This document shows, in pieces, positions 55,643 to 64,000 of a DNA stretch of 64,000 nucleotides (its first letter is position 1; every line of letters starts with the position of its first letter). The stretch lies in contig JBDVKW010000015.1 in the NCBI GenBank assembly GCA_039970995.1, forward strand, positions 158,772 through 222,771, given 5' to 3'. Source of the DNA: Fulvivirga sp. Lineage in GTDB: Bacteria; Bacteroidota; Bacteroidia; Cytophagales; Cyclobacteriaceae. The translations under genes and the position numbers were made by a program. The notes beneath the pieces are model-generated. The model worked only from the letters and a program-made list of their open reading frames with translations. It made no database searches and had not been told where the DNA came from.

Positions 55643-56185
55643 ATGAGTAATATAAAAAAAGCAACATTTGGGGCAGGCTGTTTTTGGTGTATTGAAGCAG
55701 TCTTTCAACAGCTGGAAGGTGTGCAGTCAGTCATTTCAGGTTATACGGGTGGCAAAGTAAAAGATCCTACTTATCGGGAAGTGTGTGGAGGTAGAACCGG
55801 CCATGCAGAAGTAGCGCAGGTTACTTACGATGAAGATGTAATTTCATTTGATGATCTATTGGAGATTTTCTGGCAGACCCATGATCCTACTACGCTGAAT
55901 AAGCAAGGGGCTGATGTGGGCACACAGTATAGATCAGCAGTCTTTTACCATGATGCCGAGCAAAAGGAAAAGGCAGAAATGTATAAGCAAAAGCTTAATG
56001 AAGCGGGAGCATTTAACAACCCTATTGTAACAGAGATTTCACCGCTTGGAGTTTTTTATAAAGCCGAGGAACCTCATCAGAATTATTATCGAAATAATGA
56101 AGATCAGCCTTATTGTGCCATTGTCATAAGGCCAAAGTTAGAAAAGCTCAAAAGGGTGTTTGGCCATAAGTTAGTCAAGAAATAA
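55643..56185 (+). CDS. msrA: Peptide-methionine (S)-S-oxide reductase
   Basis: ATFGAGCFWCIEAVF active-site motif; GHAEVAQVTYD; 180 aa. Confidence 0.95.
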   Translation: MSNIKKATFGAGCFWCIEAVFQQLEGVQSVISGYTGGKVKDPTYREVCGGRTGHAEVAQVTYDEDVISFDDLLEIFWQTHDPTTLNKQGADVGTQYRSAVFYHDAEQKEKAEMYKQKLNEAGAFNNPIVTEISPLGVFYKAEEPHQNYYRNNEDQPYCAIVIRPKLEKLKRVFGHKLVKK

Positions 56186-56207
56186 AAAAGTTAGTCAAGA
56201 AATAAAA
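56168..56207 (+). repeat. Perfect 20-bp tandem duplication spanning the msrA stop codon
   Basis: AAGTTAGTCAAGAAATAAAA at 56168-56187 is repeated exactly at 56188-56207. The unit contains the last five msrA codons plus TAA. Confidence 0.95.
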
Positions 56208-56231
56208 AACGCCTGGCGAGTTGCCAGGCGT
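56204..56231 (-). terminator. Rho-independent terminator for the minus-strand SprB-repeat gene (shared gap with msrA)
   Basis: Stem ACGCCTGGC (56209-56217) / GCCAGGCGT (56223-56231). The A-run at 56204-56209 becomes a U-tract on the minus-strand transcript; no U-tract on the + strand. Confidence 0.7.
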
Positions 56232-56326
56232 AAAATGTGGGGATCCCCTAAGGCTTTAAGACCCATTAACTTAAAACCATATCACGACTTTATTGAAGAT
56301 AGATTGGAGATACCCCTCTTTTGTGA

Positions 56327-59143
56327 TTAGTACTTGACTATTTTTCCATAATATACCTGATGCTGTGTTGACACTTTGTAGGTGTACATGTCATTAGGTA
56401 AATCATCTGCAGAGAAAGTAATGGTTTTAGTTTCGTTAGCTCCAACATTTCCTTCAAATACAGTTTTTACTTTATAGCCTCGTTGGTTGTAAAGCTCTAC
56501 AACTGCTTCCGAAGTAAGCCCGCTGGTAAACTCAATCGTTGCTTCAGTTCTAAATGGGTTAGGATAGGCACTTACAGCACCAGTTATATTAATTTGTCCA
56601 TCTACATTTTCATACGCTACACATTGCCCGTACTTATAAGCAATTTCAAAATCCGCAGTATTTAATTGTTCTGCACAGTCAGCATCCTCAGTACATATTG
56701 TAAAAGTAGCTTCAAAACTATCTGAGAAATTGCCTTCTCCAAATCCTGAGATATCATCGAATTTGAAACCACTTATACCAGTAGTGGGGTCAGTGCCTTC
56801 TTCTACAGGCCAGTTGCCATCACTTGATGCATCAGACAAGTCTCCACATGTAAGTGCAACACTCATATGCGATAGTCCAAATGTATGCTCTCCAGAGTAA
56901 TCAACAGTTAAGCTGTAAGTATAGCAGTTGTCATTTACCTCTATTAATTCAATAGTACTTGAATATGGATTGTCACAATTTTTTCCATTCCCATTTCCTT
57001 CATCATCGCCATCATCATTATCATTATCGTAACCACCATCTGACCCATCATCATCGCCATTGTCTCCATCTGACCCATCATCGTCATCATCCCCATTTCC
57101 ACCGTCATCGCTTCCGTCATCCCCGTCAGATCCATCATCGTCTCCATCATCGTCTCCGTTATTATCTCCATCATCACTTCCATCACCGTCACCAGAGTCT
57201 CCTCCATCACCAGAATCCCCATCGTCATCACCTGAGTCTCCACCGTCCCCAGAGTCACCTCCATCGCCTGAATCTCCACCATCACCGGAGTCGCAACCCG
57301 CGGCATTTGCATCTACTACTACAGAAAGACTACCCGTACAGCCATTAGTATCTGTTATCAACACATCATAAGTTCCAACTTCTATTCCGTCCAAGTCTTG
57401 TGTTGACGAGCCATTTGACCAGTCGTAGCTATAACTTCCTGAGCCGCCTGTTACTTCTAAATCAATACCATAACCTGAAACATCGCAAGAGGGATTAGTA
57501 ATGCTTGCACTAGCACTTATTGCAGCTGGTGATCCTACTACGTAAGTAAGGCTTTTCTCACAACCAGAAGCATCTGTAACAGTCACTCTGTAGAGGGTAG
57601 CCTCTACACCAGAGATACTACTTGTGGTGGCGCCATTTGACCATGCATATTGATATGGCTCAACGCCTCCCGATGGAGTTAGTGTAATTGATCCATCAGC
57701 AGCACCATTGCAAGACACAGCCTCCACAGCAGCCTCCACATTAAATGATGATTGCGCCACAACAGCTCTTAAGGTGGCAGTACAACCATTTTGATCTGTG
57801 ACTTCAACGGTATACATACCTGCGGCCAAACCATCAATATCTTCAGTCGTGGCTCCATTAGTCCATGAGTAATTATAAGGCGCTACACCGCCAGTTACAG
57901 TTAGGTCGATAGCACCCGAATTGTCTTCAACACAACCAGTTTTAGTAGTTGTTGCAGTGAGGCTTACCGGATTATTTTCCTGTACCACAAACGTTCCGGT
58001 TTTAGTACAACCATTAGCATCGGCTACAGTTACCCGATATATGTCTGCCGCTAATTCGGTCAGGTCTTCTGATGTAGCGCCATTATCCCAGGCGTAAGTA
58101 TAAGGTGCTGAACCACCTGATACGGTTATGTCAATTGCACCATTAGTCTCGGAACAAGACGCTTTCGTAACATTTGCATTTATATTTATGGCGACATCGT
58201 TAGACACCACAAAACGTTCATTTACTGAGCATCCTTCACTATCGGTAATGGTTAGAAAATAGTTGCCAGCCGATAAATTAGATATGTTTGGCTCGATAGA
58301 TCCATTTGACCACTGATAGGTATAGTTTCCACTTCCGCCTGATACAGCTACTGTAACAGCACCGTCATTATACCCGGCACAGGTGGCATTTGTAACTTCA
58401 CCTGATAGCTCAATAGCTTCAGGTTCATAAATAGTAGTGTCTAGTTCGAGCGTATTACCATCCGCGTCAGTGATGGCTACAGCATAGTTTCCTGCAACCA
58501 AGTCTGTGAGTGTAGCATCGGCAGATCCGTTAGACCAGTTATATTCAAATGGGCCATTACCCTCATCTATTACAACAGTTACACTACCATCAGCGCTTCC
58601 ATTACATGAGGCGTCAGTAGTTTCGAGGTGTGCTTGAAGATTTACACAGCTGATTGATGTTTCTTCATAGTATACACAGGTGCTCGCTTTATAAGCCACC
58701 TTGGGCGACCAGCAATCAAGTTCGCAACCTGCGCTGCTACATGCAGTAAAAGTAACGGTGAATGATTCCAGGTCATCGTCATCATCGCCAAACCCCTCTA
58801 TGTCATCAATTTTAAATCCTGTTAACCCACTGGTTGGGTCTTTGCCTATTTCTTGTTTCCATCCCTGGGAGTTAGATACATTGGTGATATCCGCACATTC
58901 AGGTACTTCTACAGTATAGTGAGAAAGCGCATGGGCACAATCGCCAACAGTAAAGATTCGCATTTCGTAAGTAGAACAGCCTTCACCTGAATTGGTAACA
59001 TTTAAAATCTCTGATCTGAAGCAATTTGCTTCGCAATCACCATGTGTTGTATCGTTTGAAAAACGACTATCTACAGCAAAAGAGAGATTAGAAAACAAAA
59101 TAAGCCCACCGACAACTAATAACTTCTCAAATATGGTTTTCAT
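56327..59143 (-). CDS. 938-aa T9SS cargo / adhesin-like protein with six SprB repeats, an Asp/Gly/Ser-rich tract and a C-terminal sorting domain
   Basis: Six units C.G..DG...V.V.GG..PY.Y.WSNG......L..G.Y.V.VTD..GC (SprB repeat). Tail YPNPFRTEATIEF...YTYKVSTQHQVYYGKIVKY matches a type A T9SS CTD. N-terminal signal peptide. Confidence 0.9.
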   Translation of the reverse strand: MKTIFEKLLVVGGLILFSNLSFAVDSRFSNDTTHGDCEANCFRSEILNVTNSGEGCSTYEMRIFTVGDCAHALSHYTVEVPECADITNVSNSQGWKQEIGKDPTSGLTGFKIDDIEGFGDDDDDLESFTVTFTACSSAGCELDCWSPKVAYKASTCVYYEETSISCVNLQAHLETTDASCNGSADGSVTVVIDEGNGPFEYNWSNGSADATLTDLVAGNYAVAITDADGNTLELDTTIYEPEAIELSGEVTNATCAGYNDGAVTVAVSGGSGNYTYQWSNGSIEPNISNLSAGNYFLTITDSEGCSVNERFVVSNDVAININANVTKASCSETNGAIDITVSGGSAPYTYAWDNGATSEDLTELAADIYRVTVADANGCTKTGTFVVQENNPVSLTATTTKTGCVEDNSGAIDLTVTGGVAPYNYSWTNGATTEDIDGLAAGMYTVEVTDQNGCTATLRAVVAQSSFNVEAAVEAVSCNGAADGSITLTPSGGVEPYQYAWSNGATTSSISGVEATLYRVTVTDASGCEKSLTYVVGSPAAISASASITNPSCDVSGYGIDLEVTGGSGSYSYDWSNGSSTQDLDGIEVGTYDVLITDTNGCTGSLSVVVDANAAGCDSGDGGDSGDGGDSGDGGDSGDDDGDSGDGGDSGDGDGSDDGDNNGDDDGDDDGSDGDDGSDDGGNGDDDDDGSDGDNGDDDGSDGGYDNDNDDGDDEGNGNGKNCDNPYSSTIELIEVNDNCYTYSLTVDYSGEHTFGLSHMSVALTCGDLSDASSDGNWPVEEGTDPTTGISGFKFDDISGFGEGNFSDSFEATFTICTEDADCAEQLNTADFEIAYKYGQCVAYENVDGQINITGAVSAYPNPFRTEATIEFTSGLTSEAVVELYNQRGYKVKTVFEGNVGANETKTITFSADDLPNDMYTYKVSTQHQVYYGKIVKY
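56984..57292 (-). repeat. Low-complexity coding tract (103 codons, D/G/S/N only apart from one Tyr and one Glu)
   Basis: Encodes DSGDGGDSGDGGDSGDGGDSGDDDGDSGDGGDSGDGDGSDDGDNNGDDDGDDDGSDGDDGSDDGGNGDDDDDGSDGDNGDDDGSDGGYDNDNDDGDDEGNGNG (residues 618-720). Built from GAY/GGN/TCN codons, so several other frames are also open. Confidence 0.9.
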
Positions 59144-59261
59144 AATTTATGGTCGTGATTACAACCATAAATGCATTAATAGAGGAGAAGGTTACTGGCT
59201 ATTTAGTCGGGATGCGCAGTTTGACGTTGAACTGTCAAATCAGCAGTTAAGCTGTATGTTA

Positions 59262-59807
59262 CTATTCGTCTAAAGCCTCTTCAACAGCATCCATCTTTGC
59301 TTGAGTGTATTTGCCAGAAGTGGCATAAACAATGTTACCATCAGTATCTACAATAAAGATATAAGGCACCTTCTTGTCATCCAGGTTAAGTGCGTCTTTA
59401 TAGTCTTTTAACTTTCCTTTGTAGAACAAAATATTAGGCACCAATTTTGGATCTAGATCTTCGGCTGTTTTCTTTTTCGCTTTTCCGGTGGCTACTGCGT
59501 TCACACCTGTAAACATCGGCACGAAATACACATTGATGTCGTAAGCAAAAGAAGCAAAAACTCCGGTCGCCTCTTTGATAAACTTATGATAAATAGGGCT
59601 AAACCATGTGTTTAAGTCACCTTCTGCTTTCTTGGAATAGGCCAAACCGAGTAATGTATACTTATCACCAACATCAGCGGGTAGCACAATTACTTCATCA
59701 TCAACAGTCTCCGTTTCCATTTCAGGAAAGGCCTGGCCTGCTAAATCCTGGGCAAAAATTGAAGAAGTAAATAAGCCAAATAATACAATTAGTGAGATAC
59801 GTTTCAT
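59262..59807 (-). CDS. Secreted protein, unknown function
   Basis: Signal peptide MKRISLIVLFGLFTSSIFAQ; 181 aa; contains no Cys. No family recognised. Confidence 0.55.
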   Translation of the reverse strand: MKRISLIVLFGLFTSSIFAQDLAGQAFPEMETETVDDEVIVLPADVGDKYTLLGLAYSKKAEGDLNTWFSPIYHKFIKEATGVFASFAYDINVYFVPMFTGVNAVATGKAKKKTAEDLDPKLVPNILFYKGKLKDYKDALNLDDKKVPYIFIVDTDGNIVYATSGKYTQAKMDAVEEALDE

Positions 59808-59905
59808 GTTATTGGTTTTGATTTGAAGCTATTCTAAGATACGAAAAAGAAGACTTTTAATTGTCTGGGCTATACTAAGAATTTAATAACAACCAGGCTA
59901 AGCTG

Positions 59906-61426
59906 TTAGTCAACTTGCAGTCTGACATCTCCTGATTTCACAGTCATTGACTTTTGCTTTACCTCCATAAGTTCTTCATTAAGGTCAATGTATTTCCATG
60001 TGGCTTTGGCATCCTCAGGTGTTAGTGTGAGTGTCAGATAACCATGATCACGCAGATTAGTATATTTCAAATGCGGGTTCAATGGGCTATTGGTAATTTT
60101 TTGCTCATGTAATAATACTGTGTCAGTAGGAAATCGCTCATTACTATTACCTGAGTTGATAGATGTTGTCCCAAACTCGACAGCGAAAGGGCTGTAATTT
60201 TGATTTAGTGAGTCTGTTACTTCAAAGGCCCAGGATGAGTGCGTGTCACCAGTTACAAATACTACATTCTCAATGTTATTATTTATTATCAACGACTTGA
60301 TGGAGTCCCTCTCAGCTGGATAGCCGTCCCAACTGTCCAGGTTGATATTAAATGTTTCATGACCCCAATTGAGGTAAGAAAAAATCACCTGATTGCCAAT
60401 GACTTTCCACTTTGCATCTGAGGTGCTGAGCTTTTCTAAAAACCAACTAAGCTGTTCATCACCTAACATCTTACCCTGACCGATCGTAGGAGCATTTACA
60501 CTATCTGGAGGAGCAGTTCTACCACTCAGTCGCTCATCGAGCATAATTAAATCAACAAGGTTGCCATAATCAAATGACCTATAAAGGTTATCTGCTTCAC
60601 GAACGGGTAGCCACTCATAGTAGGCTTGCTTTGCTACGGCTTTCCTCTTTTGATAATCGCCTTCAGAACTTTGATGATTTTGTGCGCCATCTTTATAAGA
60701 GTTGTTGGCAATTTCATGATCATCCCAAATGGTAATAAAAGCATGGTTTTGATGCGCAGCGGCCAGGTCGGCATCTAATCGATATTGAGAATAGCGCAAC
60801 CTGTAATCTTGTAGTGATAAAATCTCTTTGGCAGGATAATGAAGTCTTGACGAATCGCCATACACACCAGGGCCATATTCATAAATGTAGTCACCAAGGT
60901 GCAATACCGCATTAAGATCTTCTTCGTTTGCAATGGCCCTGTAAGCCGCAAAACTTCCAAACTCGTAGTTTGAACAGCTCGCGATGGCAAATTGTAATTT
61001 ATTGACATTTTCCTCTGGACTGGTTCTCGTTTTACCAATGGGGGAACGAGTGTCTAATGCCTTAAATCGGTAGTAGTATTGAGAGCCTGGTGAAAGTTTA
61101 TCAACATCGACTTTTACGGTATAGTCTGTTAAAGGGGAGGTTGTAAACGTGCCTTTGTTTATTACTGTAGTAAACGAGCTATCGGTAGCCATTTCCCAGT
61201 CCACATCAATGTTCTCTAGAGAATCTTTAGGCGTCACCCTAGTCCATATGACTACTCGGTCACTCAACGGGTCACCAGAGGCCACTCCATGATAAAACGG
61301 CCATTTACTCGAATCATAGTAGTTTGCTATCCCATCTGTTGGGAGACTTGCTGTGGGTTCATTAGACTCAAATGTCGAACAGCTGCTACAGATAAATATG
61401 GCAATGAGTATATGGTAGTATTTCAT
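59906..61426 (-). CDS. phoD: Alkaline phosphatase D family protein
   Basis: Metallophosphatase motifs HLGDYIYE and WDDHEIANN; PhoD-like N-domain. ATG at 61426 gives MKYYHILIAIFICSSCS (signal/lipobox); track start 61474 rejected. Confidence 0.85.
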   Translation of the reverse strand: MKYYHILIAIFICSSCSTFESNEPTASLPTDGIANYYDSSKWPFYHGVASGDPLSDRVVIWTRVTPKDSLENIDVDWEMATDSSFTTVINKGTFTTSPLTDYTVKVDVDKLSPGSQYYYRFKALDTRSPIGKTRTSPEENVNKLQFAIASCSNYEFGSFAAYRAIANEEDLNAVLHLGDYIYEYGPGVYGDSSRLHYPAKEILSLQDYRLRYSQYRLDADLAAAHQNHAFITIWDDHEIANNSYKDGAQNHQSSEGDYQKRKAVAKQAYYEWLPVREADNLYRSFDYGNLVDLIMLDERLSGRTAPPDSVNAPTIGQGKMLGDEQLSWFLEKLSTSDAKWKVIGNQVIFSYLNWGHETFNINLDSWDGYPAERDSIKSLIINNNIENVVFVTGDTHSSWAFEVTDSLNQNYSPFAVEFGTTSINSGNSNERFPTDTVLLHEQKITNSPLNPHLKYTNLRDHGYLTLTLTPEDAKATWKYIDLNEELMEVKQKSMTVKSGDVRLQVD

Positions 61427-61569
61427 AGTATTATATTCTATTGCTTTAAGATAGGTAAGGAAGATTAACTCCACATTATGCTCATATAATTTAATAAATA
61501 ATTGTCACCAATAGCTAAACTAGGTGTTCAATAGTCTTAAATTTATCATTTGAAAAAGAGCCTTAATAA

Positions 61570-62442
61570 ATGTATAGAGATACCACCATAGACAACCTCA
61601 AGTCAACCTTTTTAATCGTTATCGGAATTATAGCTGCCGGATTTGGCTTAGAAGGGTTTCTTATCCCTAATTCTTTTATCGATGGGGGTGTCACAGGTAT
61701 TTCATTACTTGTGCTTGAACTCACCGGATATTCACTATCCATATTATTAATAGTCATTAACTTACCATTTATTATTTTAGGGGCATTTCAAATAAGCCGT
61801 CAGTTTGCTATTAAAAGTATCCTTGCCATCATGGGTCTGGCGTTGGCAGTACATTTTATTCCTTACCCTGTCGTTACAAGTGACAAACTTTTGATTGCCG
61901 TTTTTGGAGGGTTTTTTCTGGGGGCTGGTATTGGTTTGGCCATGCGAGGAGGTGCTGTGTTAGATGGTACCGAGGTGTTAGCCATCTATATCAGTAAGAA
62001 AACTGGTCTCACAATTGGTGATGTTATTTTAATTTTCAACATTTTAATTTTCTCATTTGGCGCCTATATACTTTCTGTAGAAATAGCCCTATATGCGATT
62101 TTAACTTATTTAGCCGCCTCCAAAACCGTTGACTTTGTAATTGAAGGTGTGGAGGAATACACCGGAGTCACCATCATTTCACCCAAAACAGATCAAGTAC
62201 GTTTTATGATCATCGAAAAGTTGGGTCGTGGAGTCACTATTTATAATGGGAAGGGAGGCTATGCAAAAGAAGGAGAACCTTTAAAGGACACCCAAATTTT
62301 GTTTACAGTGATTACCCGTTTGGAAATTGCCAAACTGCAATCCGAAATTCATAAGATCGATCCCGGGGCTTTCATAGTGATGAATAGTCTCAAAGATACC
62401 AAAGGAGGTATGGTAAAGAAGCGGCTTCCTCTAAAGAAATAA
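61570..62442 (+). CDS. YitT family membrane protein (DUF2179 C-terminal domain)
   Basis: Five to six TM helices with FIDGGVTGISLL, then a soluble C-domain (GVTIISPK...GVTIYNGKGGY...FIVMNSLKDTKGG). Confidence 0.85.
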   Translation: MYRDTTIDNLKSTFLIVIGIIAAGFGLEGFLIPNSFIDGGVTGISLLVLELTGYSLSILLIVINLPFIILGAFQISRQFAIKSILAIMGLALAVHFIPYPVVTSDKLLIAVFGGFFLGAGIGLAMRGGAVLDGTEVLAIYISKKTGLTIGDVILIFNILIFSFGAYILSVEIALYAILTYLAASKTVDFVIEGVEEYTGVTIISPKTDQVRFMIIEKLGRGVTIYNGKGGYAKEGEPLKDTQILFTVITRLEIAKLQSEIHKIDPGAFIVMNSLKDTKGGMVKKRLPLKK

Positions 62443-62444
62443 AG

Positions 62445-63416
62445 CTATCTATAAAGCTTCTTAGGGGGTACAATGAATATACCCAGGTTGAGATAAGGGG
62501 CATCTGAGGACTGCAGGTCGATGATAGCATCACGTCTTCTATCACCAGGCTTTGCCAGATAGTGCCTCAGATTTTTGGACCAACCGGCATCTGCTCCTAT
62601 CCATAACCAGTCATGCAGTTCATGCTCTAAATTTAATCCAAATCTCAGGTCAGATTTACGTAATGTCAGTACAGGCTCATCAGAAACTACCGCATCGTGT
62701 ACCGCATATCGCCAGCCTTTTACTTCGGTTTTAAAACTTATAAAACATTTCTTTGAGGCTTTCAATCTCATTATGGCCGACTTTGGCAAAGCCAGATCCA
62801 AAGTCCACCGAGGGCTTAAAGCCTTTTCATAAAAGAACAATGGATAAACCTGTGGAATACCTAATGTGTAGGCCACTGCCAGACCTCCACCAACTGTTAA
62901 ATGCTCACTTTTTCTCAGTTTATAATTTACGTTGAGAAAATGCTTAGAAGTGTTTTTGTTGAAACTGATTACATCTGATTTTAGCTCAGTACCAGCTAAT
63001 ACTGAAATTTCAGTGTCATCAAATTTTTTCTGAATAAGAAACCGGCCACCTATACTTTGCAGTCTGGTATCCTGAATGTATTGATATAAGTCGTAAGGTA
63101 TATTGTCCTCAAAGTCTACCAAAAATTGCTGACGGTCATATTTTAACTGAATTCCCACCAATAGATCAGGCTTCATAATGATTGGAATACCCAATCGTGC
63201 TTTGATCTTGTAATCCCGCTCAATTTCAGTAGCACTCCTTCCATATTGTTCGGAGTCTGAAATGGTATTGTATTCATATAGATTAGAAACGGTTAACTCG
63301 GCAATTCGTGGTCTATAGGGTATAGACTGAAAATCGCTGACAGGAGGAGCTATGCTCTCCTGACCAAAGCATGGTAACATGCTACTCAACAATAATAGTA
63401 ACCACGTGTACTTCAT
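62445..63416 (-). CDS. Putative outer-membrane beta-barrel protein, unknown function
   Basis: Signal peptide MKYTWLLLLLSSMLPCFGQ; alternating-hydrophobicity strands throughout; 323 aa. No family recognised. Confidence 0.55.
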   Translation of the reverse strand: MKYTWLLLLLSSMLPCFGQESIAPPVSDFQSIPYRPRIAELTVSNLYEYNTISDSEQYGRSATEIERDYKIKARLGIPIIMKPDLLVGIQLKYDRQQFLVDFEDNIPYDLYQYIQDTRLQSIGGRFLIQKKFDDTEISVLAGTELKSDVISFNKNTSKHFLNVNYKLRKSEHLTVGGGLAVAYTLGIPQVYPLFFYEKALSPRWTLDLALPKSAIMRLKASKKCFISFKTEVKGWRYAVHDAVVSDEPVLTLRKSDLRFGLNLEHELHDWLWIGADAGWSKNLRHYLAKPGDRRRDAIIDLQSSDAPYLNLGIFIVPPKKLYR

Positions 63417-63556
63417 GTACTTACAGATTGAGCAAGTCTAACTCATTTTAGTGAAATATAGTTTATTTAAAAGAGCAATTTCGATTAAATACTTATATAA
63501 CCGCATAAGTCACTCTTTTTTGTAATTTTATATAATACCATTTTTAGCGTCTAGCA

Positions 63557-64000
63557 ATGAAAACTACCCTCGATTTTCAAAAACTCATAGCCAAAAACAA
63601 TGACCGTGATTGGTTCAAAGCAAATAAAGACAAGTATGAGGCGGCACAAGAAGAATTCAAGTCATTTGCCTTTGCATTGCAAGAAAAAATAAAAGACCAT
63701 GATGTGCTCGATGATGCAGGAACCAAAATTTATAGAATATATAGAGATGTAAGATTCTCAAATGATAAAACGCCTTATATGCTACATCGCAGTGTGCATT
63801 TTACACGGGCGGGAGAGTCACGAAGAGGAGGTTATTACCTAAAGGTGCAGCCTGGAGAGTCGTTCATTGCCGGAGGTTTTTGGCGACCCAACCCAGAGGA
63901 TCTGCAACTTATTAGAAAACAAATAGATCAGGAACCAGAGGCACTGAGAGATGTGCTCAATAGCAACGAGCTTAAATCATACTTTGGAGAAATGGAGGGA
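63557..64000 (+). CDS. DUF2461 (TIGR02453-type) family protein; 3' end outside window
   Basis: Not in the ORF track (no stop in the window). ATG at 63557, open to base 64000: MKTTLDFQKLIAKNNDRDWFKANKDKYEAAQEEF...YRIYRDVRFSNDKTPY...GGYYLKVQPGESFIAGGFW, the characteristic DUF2461 pattern. Confidence 0.8.
   Translation, partial: MKTTLDFQKLIAKNNDRDWFKANKDKYEAAQEEFKSFAFALQEKIKDHDVLDDAGTKIYRIYRDVRFSNDKTPYMLHRSVHFTRAGESRRGGYYLKVQPGESFIAGGFWRPNPEDLQLIRKQIDQEPEALRDVLNSNELKSYFGEMEG

Noticed and set aside
56168-56207. The tandem 20-bp repeat as a possible CRISPR or minisatellite array
   Set aside because: There are only two directly adjacent identical units, with no spacers and no cas genes in the window. 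It is a simple duplication of the msrA 3' end.
56944-57371. Three track ORFs (56944..57312 minus, 56959..57348 plus His/Arg-rich, 57060..57371 plus Ser/Pro-rich) overlapping the SprB-repeat gene
   Set aside because: They all lie on the GAY/GGN/TCN low-complexity tract (56984-57292). Repetitive codons simply avoid stops in other frames. Their compositions (poly-His, poly-Ser/Pro, Met/Thr/Glu) are by-products of that, and the long gene in the main frame has a signal peptide, known repeats and a T9SS tail.
59146-59171. Hairpin TTTATGGT-N10-ACCATAAA just upstream of the SprB-repeat gene start, as a riboswitch or attenuator
   Set aside because: It is an 8-bp AT-rich stem, with no accompanying conserved motif or U-tract. 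This is within what chance produces in AT-rich intergenic DNA.
1-64000. Reading the window as a genomic, defence or mobile island
   Set aside because: There is no integrase, transposase, recombinase, tRNA attachment site, restriction-modification, toxin-antitoxin, reverse transcriptase, cas or phage structural gene. Composition looks uniform by eye, and gene content is housekeeping/envelope type with operonic packing.

Overview
AT-rich, densely coding stretch of a Bacteroidota chromosome. The phylum call rests on a GldB-like gliding lipoprotein, two very large cargo proteins ending in T9SS sorting domains, SprB repeats and many lipobox lipoproteins. I call 62 CDS on both strands, two of them cut by the window edges. 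Content is mostly housekeeping and envelope functions:
- Transport and stress: an osmoprotectant ABC permease/binding fusion, a ClC channel, a TMEM175-type K+ channel, thiol-disulfide oxidoreductases and MsrA.
- Metabolism: a translationally coupled hutG-hutF-ytoQ operon, CoaX, phosphofructokinase, a nitrilase, a Zn alcohol dehydrogenase and PhoD.
- Cell wall and envelope: a DinB/PBP4/GH3/ATP-grasp operon and a GT2 + ArnT-like glycosyltransferase pair.
- Signalling: an orphan 7TMR-DISM histidine kinase.

I found no rRNA, tRNA, CRISPR array, transposase, integrase, phage gene or recognisable defence gene. I cannot point to a convincing new multi-gene system. The observations most worth a second look are:
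1. A structured 126-bp intergenic element present twice (16.3 kb and 32.1 kb), in the same orientation relative to the upstream gene each time.
2. The 36.3-42.4 kb block: a 1238-aa T9SS cargo protein that alternates 4-Cys modules with beta-sandwich domains, an AraC regulator, and a cysteine-free FGE-fold protein.
3. A 938-aa SprB-repeat cargo protein with a duplicated unassigned domain and a 103-residue Asp/Gly/Ser tract.
4. A 535-bp non-coding AT-rich gap carrying phased DnaA-box-like repeats.
5. Three helically phased palindromic motifs upstream of the hut operon.

All functional calls come from motif recognition by eye; no database search was run.
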